DNA of 64,000 nucleotides. Source: Myxococcota bacterium (lineage in GTDB: Bacteria > Myxococcota_A > Polyangia > Nannocystales > Nannocystaceae). The position numbers were made by a program, and so were the translations under genes. Below, piece by piece: positions 41,831-51,549 of the stretch (positions are counted from its first letter, which is position 1; every line of letters starts with the position of its first letter). Location of the stretch: the NCBI GenBank assembly GCA_039028615.1, contig JBCCHT010000002.1, positions 352,001-416,000 of the forward strand. The letters are read 5' to 3'. Below the pieces are notes generated by a model. It worked only from the letters and a program-made list of their open reading frames with translations. It ran no database searches and was not told the origin of the DNA.

Positions 41831-43288
41831 CTAGGCGAAGAGCCCATCGATGCGGCCGACGACCTCACCGAGATCTTGATCGACACCGACCGCCCGCATC
41901 GCCGAGTTCAGCACGTGGCCGGGATGCATGCCGTCGGCGACCACGTGCTGGCCGGCGTCGAGACCACCGGCTCGCCCCGCGATGAGGCAGCACATGTTCT
42001 CGGTCGAGTGGGTCGACAACTCCCCTCCGCTGCCCGGGTCAAAACCGTGCCCGGCCTCGTTGAGGTGCACCAACGCGCAGCGATCGAGCACGGAGCCCCC
42101 GCCCTCGGGGGTGTCGCGGAGCTTCGCCACCAGGTACGCGAAGTGATCGATGTGCCACGCCCGCACGCGGCTCATGTCCTCGGTGGTGCCGCCCCCGTGC
42201 CCCAGCTCGTGCAGGTCGTAGGGGATGTCGGTGATGGGATGAATGTTCATGTGCGACTGCGCCATGGTCATCAGCCACGCCACCGAGCGGGTCAGGTCGC
42301 AGGTGAAGGCCATGTGGATCAAGTCGGCGAACACCCGCGCCCGCGTCGACTCGTCGCTCCAGCCCGCGTTGACGTCGTAGCCGTCGCCACCCACACTGGC
42401 GTTGTCGCCCCCGACGGCCGGGTCCTCCCCCGGATCGGGCAGCATCTGGCAGTGCCCTCCCGCGTCGGGCGGGTTGGCAGCCAAGCGCATCTCGAGGTCG
42501 CGAATCTCGTCGAGGTGCCGCTCCATGCGTCGGCGGTCGGCCGTGCCCAGCTGCGGCATGAGGGCATCGATGCTCGCCCCCACCCGATCGAGCACGGATC
42601 GGCGCTTGTCGAGCTCGTAGAGCAGGTCGGCGGCGTCTCCCGGATCGGGCGGCACGAACCCGGTGAACAAGGCCTGGTAGGCCAGGCGCGGGCTCGTCTG
42701 GCCGGGGTTGGCCACGATGCTGTCACCCTCGCGGCGATACGACAGGATGTCGCGACCATAGGGCGCACTCTGGGTGAGGTACCAGCTGGCCTGCACCTGA
42801 TAGGCCAGCGAGCGAAAAGTCGTGCCGCCGCCGATCGCCTCGGCCACGAGCTGGTCGGCGGTCGGCCCGTTGACGCCGTAGTCGTCGGTCGAGCTGTTGC
42901 GCACGCCGCTGATCAGGGGCCCCAGCGCCTGGATGTGAAAGTCCGACGCCCAGCCCCCGGCCGGGATCGGCGAGGTGCCGTAGGGGATCCGCAGGCCCGA
43001 CACCACGCTGATGTCATCGCGCACGTTGCCGTAGCCCGAAAGCGGAGCCAAGGCCGTCTTGAGGTCGTAGTCGTGCCCCACCGTGTCGGGCGCGTAGAAG
43101 TTGTGCACGGGGTCGTTGTCGGCTCCCAGCGCGCCCCCGTCGAAGCTCACCAGGAACCGATGCGGGAGCACCTCGCCCCCGGCCAGCGCCGTCCCGTGGG
43201 AATCCAGCATGATCTCGAGGGTCGGCAGCGCCACGGCCACGCCTCCCAGCCCTCGCAAGAAGGTCCGTCGTCCAAGCCTGCGTGTCAT
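41831..43288 (-). CDS. DUF1552 domain protein (Tat signal)
   Basis: LGRRTFLRGLGGVAVALP.LE, RRSVLD, AFTCDLTR, HELGH, EGGGSVLD. Confidence 0.88.
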   Translation of the reverse strand: MTRRLGRRTFLRGLGGVAVALPTLEIMLDSHGTALAGGEVLPHRFLVSFDGGALGADNDPVHNFYAPDTVGHDYDLKTALAPLSGYGNVRDDISVVSGLRIPYGTSPIPAGGWASDFHIQALGPLISGVRNSSTDDYGVNGPTADQLVAEAIGGGTTFRSLAYQVQASWYLTQSAPYGRDILSYRREGDSIVANPGQTSPRLAYQALFTGFVPPDPGDAADLLYELDKRRSVLDRVGASIDALMPQLGTADRRRMERHLDEIRDLEMRLAANPPDAGGHCQMLPDPGEDPAVGGDNASVGGDGYDVNAGWSDESTRARVFADLIHMAFTCDLTRSVAWLMTMAQSHMNIHPITDIPYDLHELGHGGGTTEDMSRVRAWHIDHFAYLVAKLRDTPEGGGSVLDRCALVHLNEAGHGFDPGSGGELSTHSTENMCCLIAGRAGGLDAGQHVVADGMHPGHVLNSAMRAVGVDQDLGEVVGRIDGLFA

Positions 43289-43289
43289 C

Positions 43290-44945
43290 TCAGTCCTCCT
43301 CCCGTCGGTAGGAAAATGCTTCGTCCTCGACCAGCGCGAGCACGACGGCGTCGAACCGATGGCCTTCGCCCCGGAAGCGCGTGAGCAAGTCGTTCACGTA
43401 GCGCAAGTCCTCGAACCCGACCTGGTGGCCCATGGCCATGCGATAGAGCTGATGGACCATGCAGGAGTCGAGCAGCTCGTTGTCCATCACGTAGTCGGCC
43501 AAGCCAGCCGGGCCGGAGAAGGGCTGACCATCGATGCGCCCCTCCCCCGTGATCTCGCACTGCGGGTTGTCGGCCTCCGCGGTGCGGAAGCGGCCCATCT
43601 GGTCGTACTGCTCGAGGCCGAAGCCCACCGGGTCGACCAGCTCGTGGCAGCCGTTGCACGAGCCGTTGCTGCGGTGTTCCTCGTAGCGATCGATCTTGCA
43701 CTCCGCGTCGCCGCCCTCGGGCGGGTTGTCGACGTCGACATCGGGCGGAGGCGGCGGAATGGCCTGGCACAGCAGGCGGGTGCGGATCAGCAGGCCGCGC
43801 TGCGTGGGGCTGGTGTCGCCGAAGCGCGCCGCGACCGAGAGGAACGAGCCGTGCGAGAGCAAGCCCTGGCGACCGATGGCACCGTAGTCGACCCAGGTCG
43901 GCTCGTCGCTGCCGGGCGCGGGCAGGCCGTACAGCTCCGCCAGCGTGTCGTCGACGTAGCTGCCCCCGGCCGCGAACACGTCGAGATACGAGCGCGGATC
44001 GTCGAAGATCACGTCGTCAAGCAGGGCCCGGGTCTCGCGGCGCATCGAGGTCGTCAGCGCGGCTTCGTGGGGCAAGGCGTAGTAGCCGAGCCACATCGCA
44101 TGAAAGCGATCGATCCGCTCGCGAGCGCGGGGGTCGTCGAGCATGGTCCGCGCCAGCTCGGCCACCTGCGCCGGACTGTCGAGCCCGCCCGCCTCCGCCT
44201 CGTCGAGCAAGTCGTCCGACGGCGTCGTCCCCCACACGAAGTACGAAAGCCGCGTCGCGACCTCGTAGCCGTCGAGTCGGAACACCCCGGGCTCCGCCGT
44301 GGGCGTGCCTACCTCGACCCGATAGATGAAGCTCGGGTGCTGCAAAAGGACCCGCAGCACCGTGTCTACGCCCTCGTAGAAGTCGCTGCGCTGCGCGGCG
44401 AAGTCGAGGCCCAGCTGCGTCCAGCCCTCGATCTCCTCGGTCGTCAGCGGTCTCCGCAGCGCCCGTCGGCCCACCCGACCGACGAAGTCTTCCATGCAGC
44501 TGGCATCGGCGGGCCCGGTCGGCTCACAGCCCACCACCAGCTGCCGCCGGGTGGGGTCTTGCACCAAGCGCGTCGCGATGTCGTTGGCCATGGTCTCGAT
44601 GCTCTCCACGAGCACGGTGGAGACCGCTTGATTGGTGAAGTCGTTGTCGAAGGGATCGATGACGTCCTCGGGCAGGAAGCGCGTGCCCGGGTCGGTGTCG
44701 TCGCCCAGCAGGTCGCGCAGGGTGTGGTCCATCTCCGTACGCGAGAGTCGACGCAGCCCCACCATGCCGACGCCGCCGTTTTCGGGTGGAGTCTCGGCCG
44801 TGCCGTCGTCACTGCCCCCGTCGGCGGTGCCGCTGCCTTCGGTCCCGAAGCCCAACCCGCCGTCGGGAGTCCCGCGATAGCAGCCCATCACCAGGGTGCC
44901 CCCCAGCGCTGCCATCGCCACGTTTCGATAGGTCCTCGTCCTCAT
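43290..44945 (-). CDS. DUF1592/DUF1588/DUF1587/DUF1595 domain lipoprotein
   Basis: LRRLSRTE, RALRRPL, P.FIYRVE, EVATRLSY..W.TTP, RQGLL, TSPTQRG, CNGCH, DPVGFGLEQYD. Start ATG 44945. Confidence 0.88.
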   Translation of the reverse strand: MRTRTYRNVAMAALGGTLVMGCYRGTPDGGLGFGTEGSGTADGGSDDGTAETPPENGGVGMVGLRRLSRTEMDHTLRDLLGDDTDPGTRFLPEDVIDPFDNDFTNQAVSTVLVESIETMANDIATRLVQDPTRRQLVVGCEPTGPADASCMEDFVGRVGRRALRRPLTTEEIEGWTQLGLDFAAQRSDFYEGVDTVLRVLLQHPSFIYRVEVGTPTAEPGVFRLDGYEVATRLSYFVWGTTPSDDLLDEAEAGGLDSPAQVAELARTMLDDPRARERIDRFHAMWLGYYALPHEAALTTSMRRETRALLDDVIFDDPRSYLDVFAAGGSYVDDTLAELYGLPAPGSDEPTWVDYGAIGRQGLLSHGSFLSVAARFGDTSPTQRGLLIRTRLLCQAIPPPPPDVDVDNPPEGGDAECKIDRYEEHRSNGSCNGCHELVDPVGFGLEQYDQMGRFRTAEADNPQCEITGEGRIDGQPFSGPAGLADYVMDNELLDSCMVHQLYRMAMGHQVGFEDLRYVNDLLTRFRGEGHRFDAVVLALVEDEAFSYRREED

Positions 44946-45087
44946 CGCATTGACGCAGACTGACGAGCCCCCGATCGGTTCATGGATTTCTTCGAGGAAA
45001 TCGCAGGCGAGTGCATCCGCTGCCGATCGTGTAAGCGCTCGCGCCCCGGCATCCCGCGCCATGGGGGACGACGACCCCAGACCGCTG

Positions 45088-45711
45088 CTACTGCGAGTCG
45101 GGTTGGTCGGAGCGAGCTCTCAGTGAGCGCGCCCATCCGTCGAGGTCGTGCAGGCTCTGCGCCGGCACCCCGCCCTGCGCCACGACCTGCTCGAGGTGCT
45201 CGCGTAGACGCTCGCGCGCCCGCAGCAAGCGGGTCTTGACCGTACCGCGCGGGATGTCCAGCACCTCCGCCAGCTCGGCCGTGCTCAGCCCCTCCCAGTA
45301 GTGCAGCTCGAGCAAGACCTGCGACGCCAAGGGCAGCTGCTGCAGCGCGAGCAGCAGGTGCTGGTCCTGCTGCGTCTTGGCCAGGATACGGCTGGGCGAA
45401 GTCCCCAGATCGATCACCGACTGGCTCAAGGGATCGGGCCGCCCGACGCCTCGATACCCCCGCGCGATGTGGTCATAGAGCCGGTTGCGTGCGATTCGGA
45501 ACAAGTAGGCGCGGAAACTGGAGCCATCGCGCAGGCGATCGCGCGACTCCACACAGGCCAAGAACGTGCCCTGAATCAAGTCCTCGCGCTCGTCTCCGAC
45601 CTTGGTGCGAAAGAACCGGCTCAGCGCCGAGATGTGCCGCTCGAAGAGCACCCGACCCGCCGCGGAGTCGCCCGCGCGCCAGGCCTCCAGCAGCTCCCCA
45701 TCCGTCCGCAT
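45088..45711 (-). CDS. ECF RNA polymerase sigma factor
   Basis: EREDLIQGTFL, FRAYLFRIARN, LELHYWEGLSTAELAEVLDIPRGTVKTRLLRAR. Confidence 0.92.
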   Translation of the reverse strand: MRTDGELLEAWRAGDSAAGRVLFERHISALSRFFRTKVGDEREDLIQGTFLACVESRDRLRDGSSFRAYLFRIARNRLYDHIARGYRGVGRPDPLSQSVIDLGTSPSRILAKTQQDQHLLLALQQLPLASQVLLELHYWEGLSTAELAEVLDIPRGTVKTRLLRARERLREHLEQVVAQGGVPAQSLHDLDGWARSLRARSDQPDSQ

Positions 45712-45785
45712 CGCCTAGACCCTACACCATGCCTTCGTCCCGAAAGTGTGCGTGCGTGACGGGCCAACGAGCGTTACGGTTGCCT

Positions 45786-47060
45786 GTGTCTCGACGCATT
45801 GCGCAAATTTCGTGGGCCTTACTCCTTACCGCGTGTTTCGACCCAGAGACTTCTTCGTCCGGAGAATCCGGCACCGAGTCGCCGTCGACCGGAACTCCGT
45901 CGGCAACGCCCATGGGCACCACGGCGGAGACGCCCGATCTCCCCACGACCACGACTCCGGCCACCACGGGCGGCACCACCGACGGTGAAGACACCACCGA
46001 CGGTGAAGACACCACCGACGATGAAGACACCACCGACGGACCCGGCGAGGACAGCAGCTCCTCGGGTGAACCCGAGCCTCCGCCGATGAACATCGCCTTC
46101 GTGACCGCGGCCAGCCACAACGGCTCGCTCGGCGGGCTCGCGGGGGCCGACACCATCTGCAGCGATACCGCGGCATCGGCCGGGCTCGAGGGAGAGTTCA
46201 TCGCGTTCATCGGCATCAGCTCTGCGGAGAACCCCCGGCAACGCCTCGAGGGCGCACGAGGATGGGTTCGCGTGGACGGGCAACCCGTGTTCGACCTGCC
46301 GACCGACGACATCTTGTATCCACTGCGTATCGACGAGATGGGCAACGACGTCGGCGGGAACGTAGAGGTCTGGACGGGATATCGGCGGACCTCGATCTCG
46401 CCGCTGTCCACGTGCGCCGACTGGACCACGGCCTCGGGCGCCGACGAAGGCAACATTGGCGTCGCCGATGCGGGGTCGGCCACCTTCCACGACAACGGTC
46501 GCGATCCTTGTTCCTTCTCGCGACGCCTGTACTGCTTTCAGATCGACCACGACATACCGGTCGAGCTGCCGGAGGTGGTGGGCCGAACCGCCTTTCTCGC
46601 CGACACCTCGTGGGACGGCTTCGGTGGCATCGGTGCCGCCGACAACATCTGCCAGAACCAGGCGGACATGGCGGGGCTCGGCGGTCTGTACCTCGCCGCG
46701 CTATCGGGTACCACGGCGACCGCTCGCTCCCGCTTCGACCTGACCGGTGACCCCTGGGTTCGCCCCGACGGGCTCGCGCTCGCCCCCACCGCGGCCGCGT
46801 TCTTCGACCAGGCCCTGTGGGACCTGCCGCTCCACATGGAGGCGGACGGCACGGCTCCAGCCACGACCCAGACGACATGGACGGGGCCAGACTGGAACTC
46901 CACGGGCTCGTCGAGCCAGACCTGCGCCAACTGGGCGGGGTCGACTGGCAACGGACTCGCCGGTCGCAGCGCGTACAGTGACAAGAACGTCGCGATCGCC
47001 TCCGTCGACATCGACGACTGCGACGACTCGGGCGCGAACCTCTACTGTCTGCAGCAATAG
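45786..47060 (+). CDS. lipoprotein with T-rich linker and two DUF1554-like (collagen NC10/endostatin-like) domains
   Basis: LLLTAC lipobox; two copies of G.LGG(L/I).(G/A)AD.IC...A..AGL.G...W(V)R.DG...WTG...C.(D/N)W...LYC(F/L)Q. Start uncertain (45729 or 45786). Confidence 0.75.
   Translation: MSRRIAQISWALLLTACFDPETSSSGESGTESPSTGTPSATPMGTTAETPDLPTTTTPATTGGTTDGEDTTDGEDTTDDEDTTDGPGEDSSSSGEPEPPPMNIAFVTAASHNGSLGGLAGADTICSDTAASAGLEGEFIAFIGISSAENPRQRLEGARGWVRVDGQPVFDLPTDDILYPLRIDEMGNDVGGNVEVWTGYRRTSISPLSTCADWTTASGADEGNIGVADAGSATFHDNGRDPCSFSRRLYCFQIDHDIPVELPEVVGRTAFLADTSWDGFGGIGAADNICQNQADMAGLGGLYLAALSGTTATARSRFDLTGDPWVRPDGLALAPTAAAFFDQALWDLPLHMEADGTAPATTQTTWTGPDWNSTGSSSQTCANWAGSTGNGLAGRSAYSDKNVAIASVDIDDCDDSGANLYCLQQ
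45975..46039 (+). repeat. 18-bp tandem repeat ACCACCGACG(G/A)TGAAGAC x3.6 (TTDGED)
   Basis: Three near-identical units plus a partial one in the linker of the DUF1554-like lipoprotein. Confidence 0.85.
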
Positions 47061-47105
47061 CCTCGCCGCCTGCGGAGCAGCGTAGTTCGATGCTACGCTG
47101 CTCTC

Positions 47106-48278
47106 GTGGGGCACTCGACTCGGGCATGCGCATGGCTGCTGGGCACCACGCTGGTGCTCGTCGCCGGCTCCGCCCGCGCCACCGATGGGGTCGAGCCGCG
47201 GATTCCTCCCGACTGGACGGACCCCGCGTGCATCCAGATCGTCGACCGCAGCGCGGGCAGCAGCACCATCAACCTGCCCTACTCGATCCTCGAGGAAGAC
47301 CTCGACATTCCCAATGAAGAGGTCGAGGACAGCCGACGGCACCAGTTCTTCGCGTTCTGCCGCTCCTATCCGCTGACGCGCTACCTCCCCACCTGGATCA
47401 CCCAGGCCGACATCGACCGCGCCGACCTGGTCGGTCTCGGGCCCACGGGGGTCGAGGTCGGCGACCTGCTCGAGGAAGACCCGGCGTGGGACGACTGCTG
47501 GTTTCGGATCACCGAAGACGACGATCGCCGCCCGATCTCCTTCGATGTCGCCGCGGCCGGGGTCGACTGGGACACCTCGCAGGTGCCCGCGGGGACCTAC
47601 CTGGTCGAGGGCTACACCTGGTTTCCGCCCTTCAACGAGTGGAACGACCGCGCCGGGGTGATCAAGGTCGTCGACGAGCCCGACCTCGCGGCGAGCGGCC
47701 CCGCCATCGCCATCTCCAATGGTGAGGAAATCGTGTTCCTCGACGAGACGGTCACCATCGAGGGCTGCGTGAGCGCGATGGAAGGGTCCACGATCGACGC
47801 CTACTACGCGCTCAACGAGCTTCCCGAGCAATGGGTGGCGTTCGCCGAGGACGAGCCGGTCGACACGGAGAGCTTCGCCATCGAGCTGGCACCCCCCGAA
47901 GAGCTGTTCGGGGAGTCGCTCATGGTGCGCGTGGAAATCACCGACCCCATGGGGCGGAGCTTCGTGCACCACATGCGCGAGTTCGTGGTCTTGCTCGAGA
48001 GCTCCGGCCCCGGCAGCTGCGACGAAGGCGGGTTCATCGGCGGCGCAGGGTGCCAGGGCACCGACGACGGGAGCAGCGAAGGACCCGCGGACACCGATGG
48101 CATGGCGGCCGACTCCACCGCGGGCACGACGGCGAGCTCCGCCACCGAGTCGGACTCGAGCACACCACAAACGGGGCCCGGCAGCGGCTGCGGCTGCAAC
48201 CAATCTCCGGGCCGCGCACCGGGAACGCTGGCGCTCGGGTTGTGGGCGCTGCTCGGTCGACGTCGTCGCCGACGCTAG
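47106..48278 (+). CDS. secreted protein with MYXO-CTERM-type sorting signal
   Basis: Signal peptide ending ARA; C-terminal GCGC...LALGLWALLGRRRRRR. Confidence 0.8.
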   Translation: MGHSTRACAWLLGTTLVLVAGSARATDGVEPRIPPDWTDPACIQIVDRSAGSSTINLPYSILEEDLDIPNEEVEDSRRHQFFAFCRSYPLTRYLPTWITQADIDRADLVGLGPTGVEVGDLLEEDPAWDDCWFRITEDDDRRPISFDVAAAGVDWDTSQVPAGTYLVEGYTWFPPFNEWNDRAGVIKVVDEPDLAASGPAIAISNGEEIVFLDETVTIEGCVSAMEGSTIDAYYALNELPEQWVAFAEDEPVDTESFAIELAPPEELFGESLMVRVEITDPMGRSFVHHMREFVVLLESSGPGSCDEGGFIGGAGCQGTDDGSSEGPADTDGMAADSTAGTTASSATESDSSTPQTGPGSGCGCNQSPGRAPGTLALGLWALLGRRRRRR

Positions 48279-48320
48279 CGCTCGCTCTGCCGTCGACGGC
48301 GAGTGCTACCATGCCCCCGC

Positions 48321-50420
48321 ATGAGCACCCGGCCGCGCCATCCCGGGCTGGGAGTGGATACCCAGCACGATCTGGCCGAGCAGAACATGCGCAACCGGCT
48401 GGCGACGTCGCTATTCGGTGAGTCGCACATGCCGGTCAAGGTCGACCGCTACGTGGTGCTGCAAGAGCTCGGCGCGGGCGGCCTGGGGGTCGTGTATGCC
48501 GCCTACGACCCCAAGCTCGATCGTCGGGTCGCGCTCAAGCTCATCAACCCCGCCCGACTCACCCCGGCCGCGGCGCAACGCATGCAGCGGGAGGCCCAGG
48601 CGATGGCCCAGCTCGCGCATCCCCACGTGGCCACCATCCACGACACGGGGACGCACGGCGACGGCACCTTCATCGCGATGGAGCTGGTCGATGGCGTGAC
48701 GCTGTCCCGCTGGACACGGCAGCAGGACCGCACCTGGAAGGAGATTCGCGACGTGCTCAGCGGCGCCGGTCAGGGCCTGGCCGCGGCGCATCGCGAGAAC
48801 CTGATCCACCGCGACTTCAAGCCGGCCAATGTCCTGGTGGATGCCCACGGCCGCGCGCGGGTCCTCGACTTCGGTCTCGCGTGTGCGGCCGACGAGGTGC
48901 CGTCGGTGGGGCTCGATGGCTCCACCAGCGTGCTGGGCGACGCCATCACCGAGACGGGCATCTTGATGGGCACGCCCCGCTACATGTCGCCCGAGCAGTT
49001 CGCGGGTCGGGCCGATGCCCGCTCGGATCAGTGGGCGTTCTGCGTCGCGGCGTGGGAGCTGCTGTATCGGACCCCGCCCTTCACCGCGCCCGACGTGCCC
49101 AACCTCCGGCAGGTGGTGAACTCCGGGCACATTCCCCCGACGCCGCCGGACTCCCCCGTCCCCGGGTGGCTGGAGCGAGTGCTGCGGCGAGGCCTCAGCG
49201 TCGACCCGGCCGCCCGCTTCGCCGACATGGACGCGCTGCTCACCGCCATGGATCGCGACAAGCGATCGCGGCGCAGGCAACGACTCGGCGTGGCGGCGGC
49301 GGTCGTGCTCTCGGCAGCGCTGACCGGTACGCTGATGTTGCTCTATCGCCCGGAGCCGACCGGCGAGTCTCGGGCCCGGGTCGAGCAGTACGACCAACAA
49401 GCACGAGCGGCCGCGGCCGAGGGACGGTTTGTCTACCCCGCCCCCGATGCCCCGCAAGAGCCCACCGCCTTCGCCCGCGTGGTCGCCCTCGAGCAGATCG
49501 AAGGGCCGAGCCGCGCCGAGGCCCAGACGCGTGCGGCCGCCCTGCGCGAGGAGCTGGCGCAGACGCTCGTGGACTTGGGGGACGAGTACACCGACCGCTC
49601 GGGCGGGGCTTCGTTCGCCGCCGACTACTACGCCGCGGCGCTCATCTTTGCGCCCGACCACCCCCGCGCCCGCGGCCGCTCCACCTTGACCCCGGGGGAG
49701 CTGTCGGCCCTGCGACACAAGGCCGAAACGGCGGAGTTCTCCGGCGCCGAGCTGGCCGGCGCCCAAGTCCTCGCCGCGCTCGCCGAGCCGAACGAGCCGG
49801 AGCGCGCGGCCAAGATCGCGGCCCTGTACGACGGCTCCAATGCCCCCGCCGCGAGCACCAGCATGCACCTCGAGGAGCTGCTGGGCTCACCGCCTCGACG
49901 CGCGGCCAAGACCCGTCGACGCAAAGCCCCGACCCCTCGCGCCGACCCGGCGCCACCCCCCGCCGCCGCCGACGAGACGCCTCCCGAAGCGGCCGCCCCG
50001 ACCCCGCCTCCGGCTCCAACCCCCCTCGGTCGCGATCAGGGCCCGCGCAACCCGGCCGCGGCCGCGGCGGAGACCAAGCGAGGTCGGGCCGCCCTCGCCC
50101 GCGGGGACGATGCTGCCGCCGAGACCTCGTTCTTCCGCGCGCTGAGCTTCGACCGCCGCAACGTCGGCGCCCAGCTCGGCCTGAGCGAGCTGTACTTCGA
50201 TCGCGGCTCGTACCAAAAGTCGCTGAGCTACGCCCGCAAGGCAGTCAAGGCGGCCCCTCGCAACGGCGCGGCTCACATGCAGCACGGCGACGCGTGCTTC
50301 AAGGTCCATCGCTACGACGAAGCTCGGGCCGCGTATGTCGAAGCCCAGCGGCTGTCGCAGGCGGGCGCCACCCGTGCGCTCGAGCGGCTCGATGCCAAGC
50401 TGAAGAGCAGCTCCGGCTGA
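48321..50420 (+). CDS. Ser/Thr protein kinase with TM segment and C-terminal TPR
   Basis: LGAGGLGVV, VALK, HRDFKPAN, DFG, GTPRYMSPEQ; TM segment; Pro linker; TPRs. Confidence 0.9.
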   Translation: MSTRPRHPGLGVDTQHDLAEQNMRNRLATSLFGESHMPVKVDRYVVLQELGAGGLGVVYAAYDPKLDRRVALKLINPARLTPAAAQRMQREAQAMAQLAHPHVATIHDTGTHGDGTFIAMELVDGVTLSRWTRQQDRTWKEIRDVLSGAGQGLAAAHRENLIHRDFKPANVLVDAHGRARVLDFGLACAADEVPSVGLDGSTSVLGDAITETGILMGTPRYMSPEQFAGRADARSDQWAFCVAAWELLYRTPPFTAPDVPNLRQVVNSGHIPPTPPDSPVPGWLERVLRRGLSVDPAARFADMDALLTAMDRDKRSRRRQRLGVAAAVVLSAALTGTLMLLYRPEPTGESRARVEQYDQQARAAAAEGRFVYPAPDAPQEPTAFARVVALEQIEGPSRAEAQTRAAALREELAQTLVDLGDEYTDRSGGASFAADYYAAALIFAPDHPRARGRSTLTPGELSALRHKAETAEFSGAELAGAQVLAALAEPNEPERAAKIAALYDGSNAPAASTSMHLEELLGSPPRRAAKTRRRKAPTPRADPAPPPAAADETPPEAAAPTPPPAPTPLGRDQGPRNPAAAAAETKRGRAALARGDDAAAETSFFRALSFDRRNVGAQLGLSELYFDRGSYQKSLSYARKAVKAAPRNGAAHMQHGDACFKVHRYDEARAAYVEAQRLSQAGATRALERLDAKLKSSSG

Positions 50421-50424
50421 GGGC

Positions 50425-51498
50425 TCAGAATCGGCCCTGGACCCACAGCGAACCGAGTCCCGGAGCCAGCTGGATCCTCGCCGTCGAGCGCTCTTCGCCG
50501 CGGCGACGCGGCCGAGTCGCCACCGTCAGGCCGATGCCCGTCGCGAGCAGCACACCGCCGACCACCGCCAGGCCGATGCCCGCCTCGGCGGTGGCGTAGA
50601 TGAACCGGCAGTTGCCGTTGGGATCGACATCCGCGCCGGAGCACTGCACTCGGTTGGGCTGACCGTCGATCACGATCAGCGGGACCCCCACCACCAGGGC
50701 CGCGCCGCCGATGCCCAACGCCGACCACCCCAGCGCCCGCATGCGTTGCCGTCGCTTGGGGCGAGGCACAGGCTCGAGCGTCACCTGCACGCGATCGCGG
50801 ACGCCGGCCACCGCCTCGAGCTGACGCTGCTCGGACACGTAGCCATCGAGCTGCGCTTCCACCCGGTGCGGCCCGGGCTCGACCACGCGCTCGAAGGGCG
50901 TCTGCCCCACGATTTCCCCGTCGAGCACCACCACCGCGCCGGGCGGGATGCTGTCGAAGACCAACACGGGAGGCTCGAGGCTCAGGGCGTCGAGCCGCGC
51001 GCCGATGGCCGCGGCCTGACTGTCGATGACCTCCACCACCTCGGAGAACCCGCAGACCTCGCAGCGCTCTCGGCTCTGGGCCACGCTGCGCTCGGTCTGG
51101 GCGTCGATGACATCCACGACGATGGTGAAGTCGCGGCGCTCCGCCACCACCCGCATGTGCACGGCGTGATGGGTCTGCGCCCGGCGAGCCCGCTGAGCTC
51201 GACATGCGATGGTCTCGCACGCGGCATCGCTGGGCTCGGCCACGGCCACCTGGACCCCGCCCCGCACGAGCCCTTCCTGGAGGGCGCGGGCCAGCTCGGC
51301 GCGGCGCGCCTCCGGGAGCATCGCATCGCCTTCGATCTGCGCGGGCAGCAGCAAGACCGCCCCCGACGCGGACGTCGGCTGCGGCGGGGGTTCGACCACG
51401 GGCGGCGGGCTGGCGTGCGCCGTCGCGGTCTGCAGAGCGACCCCGAGCACCACCCACGGTGCTCGAGACCCTCGGCCATGCTGTGGCGTCCCCCGCAT
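50425..51498 (-). CDS. PEGA domain protein with C-terminal hydrophobic segments
   Basis: FDSIPPGAVVVLDG..VGQTP....EPGPHRVEAQLDGY PEGA motif. Start uncertain. Confidence 0.8.
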   Translation of the reverse strand: MRGTPQHGRGSRAPWVVLGVALQTATAHASPPPVVEPPPQPTSASGAVLLLPAQIEGDAMLPEARRAELARALQEGLVRGGVQVAVAEPSDAACETIACRAQRARRAQTHHAVHMRVVAERRDFTIVVDVIDAQTERSVAQSRERCEVCGFSEVVEVIDSQAAAIGARLDALSLEPPVLVFDSIPPGAVVVLDGEIVGQTPFERVVEPGPHRVEAQLDGYVSEQRQLEAVAGVRDRVQVTLEPVPRPKRRQRMRALGWSALGIGGAALVVGVPLIVIDGQPNRVQCSGADVDPNGNCRFIYATAEAGIGLAVVGGVLLATGIGLTVATRPRRRGEERSTARIQLAPGLGSLWVQGRF

Positions 51499-51549
51499 TC
51501 GAGCCCGCAGCCTACCCACCTCGGACCCAAAGCCCAAGGCGGCGGGCTC

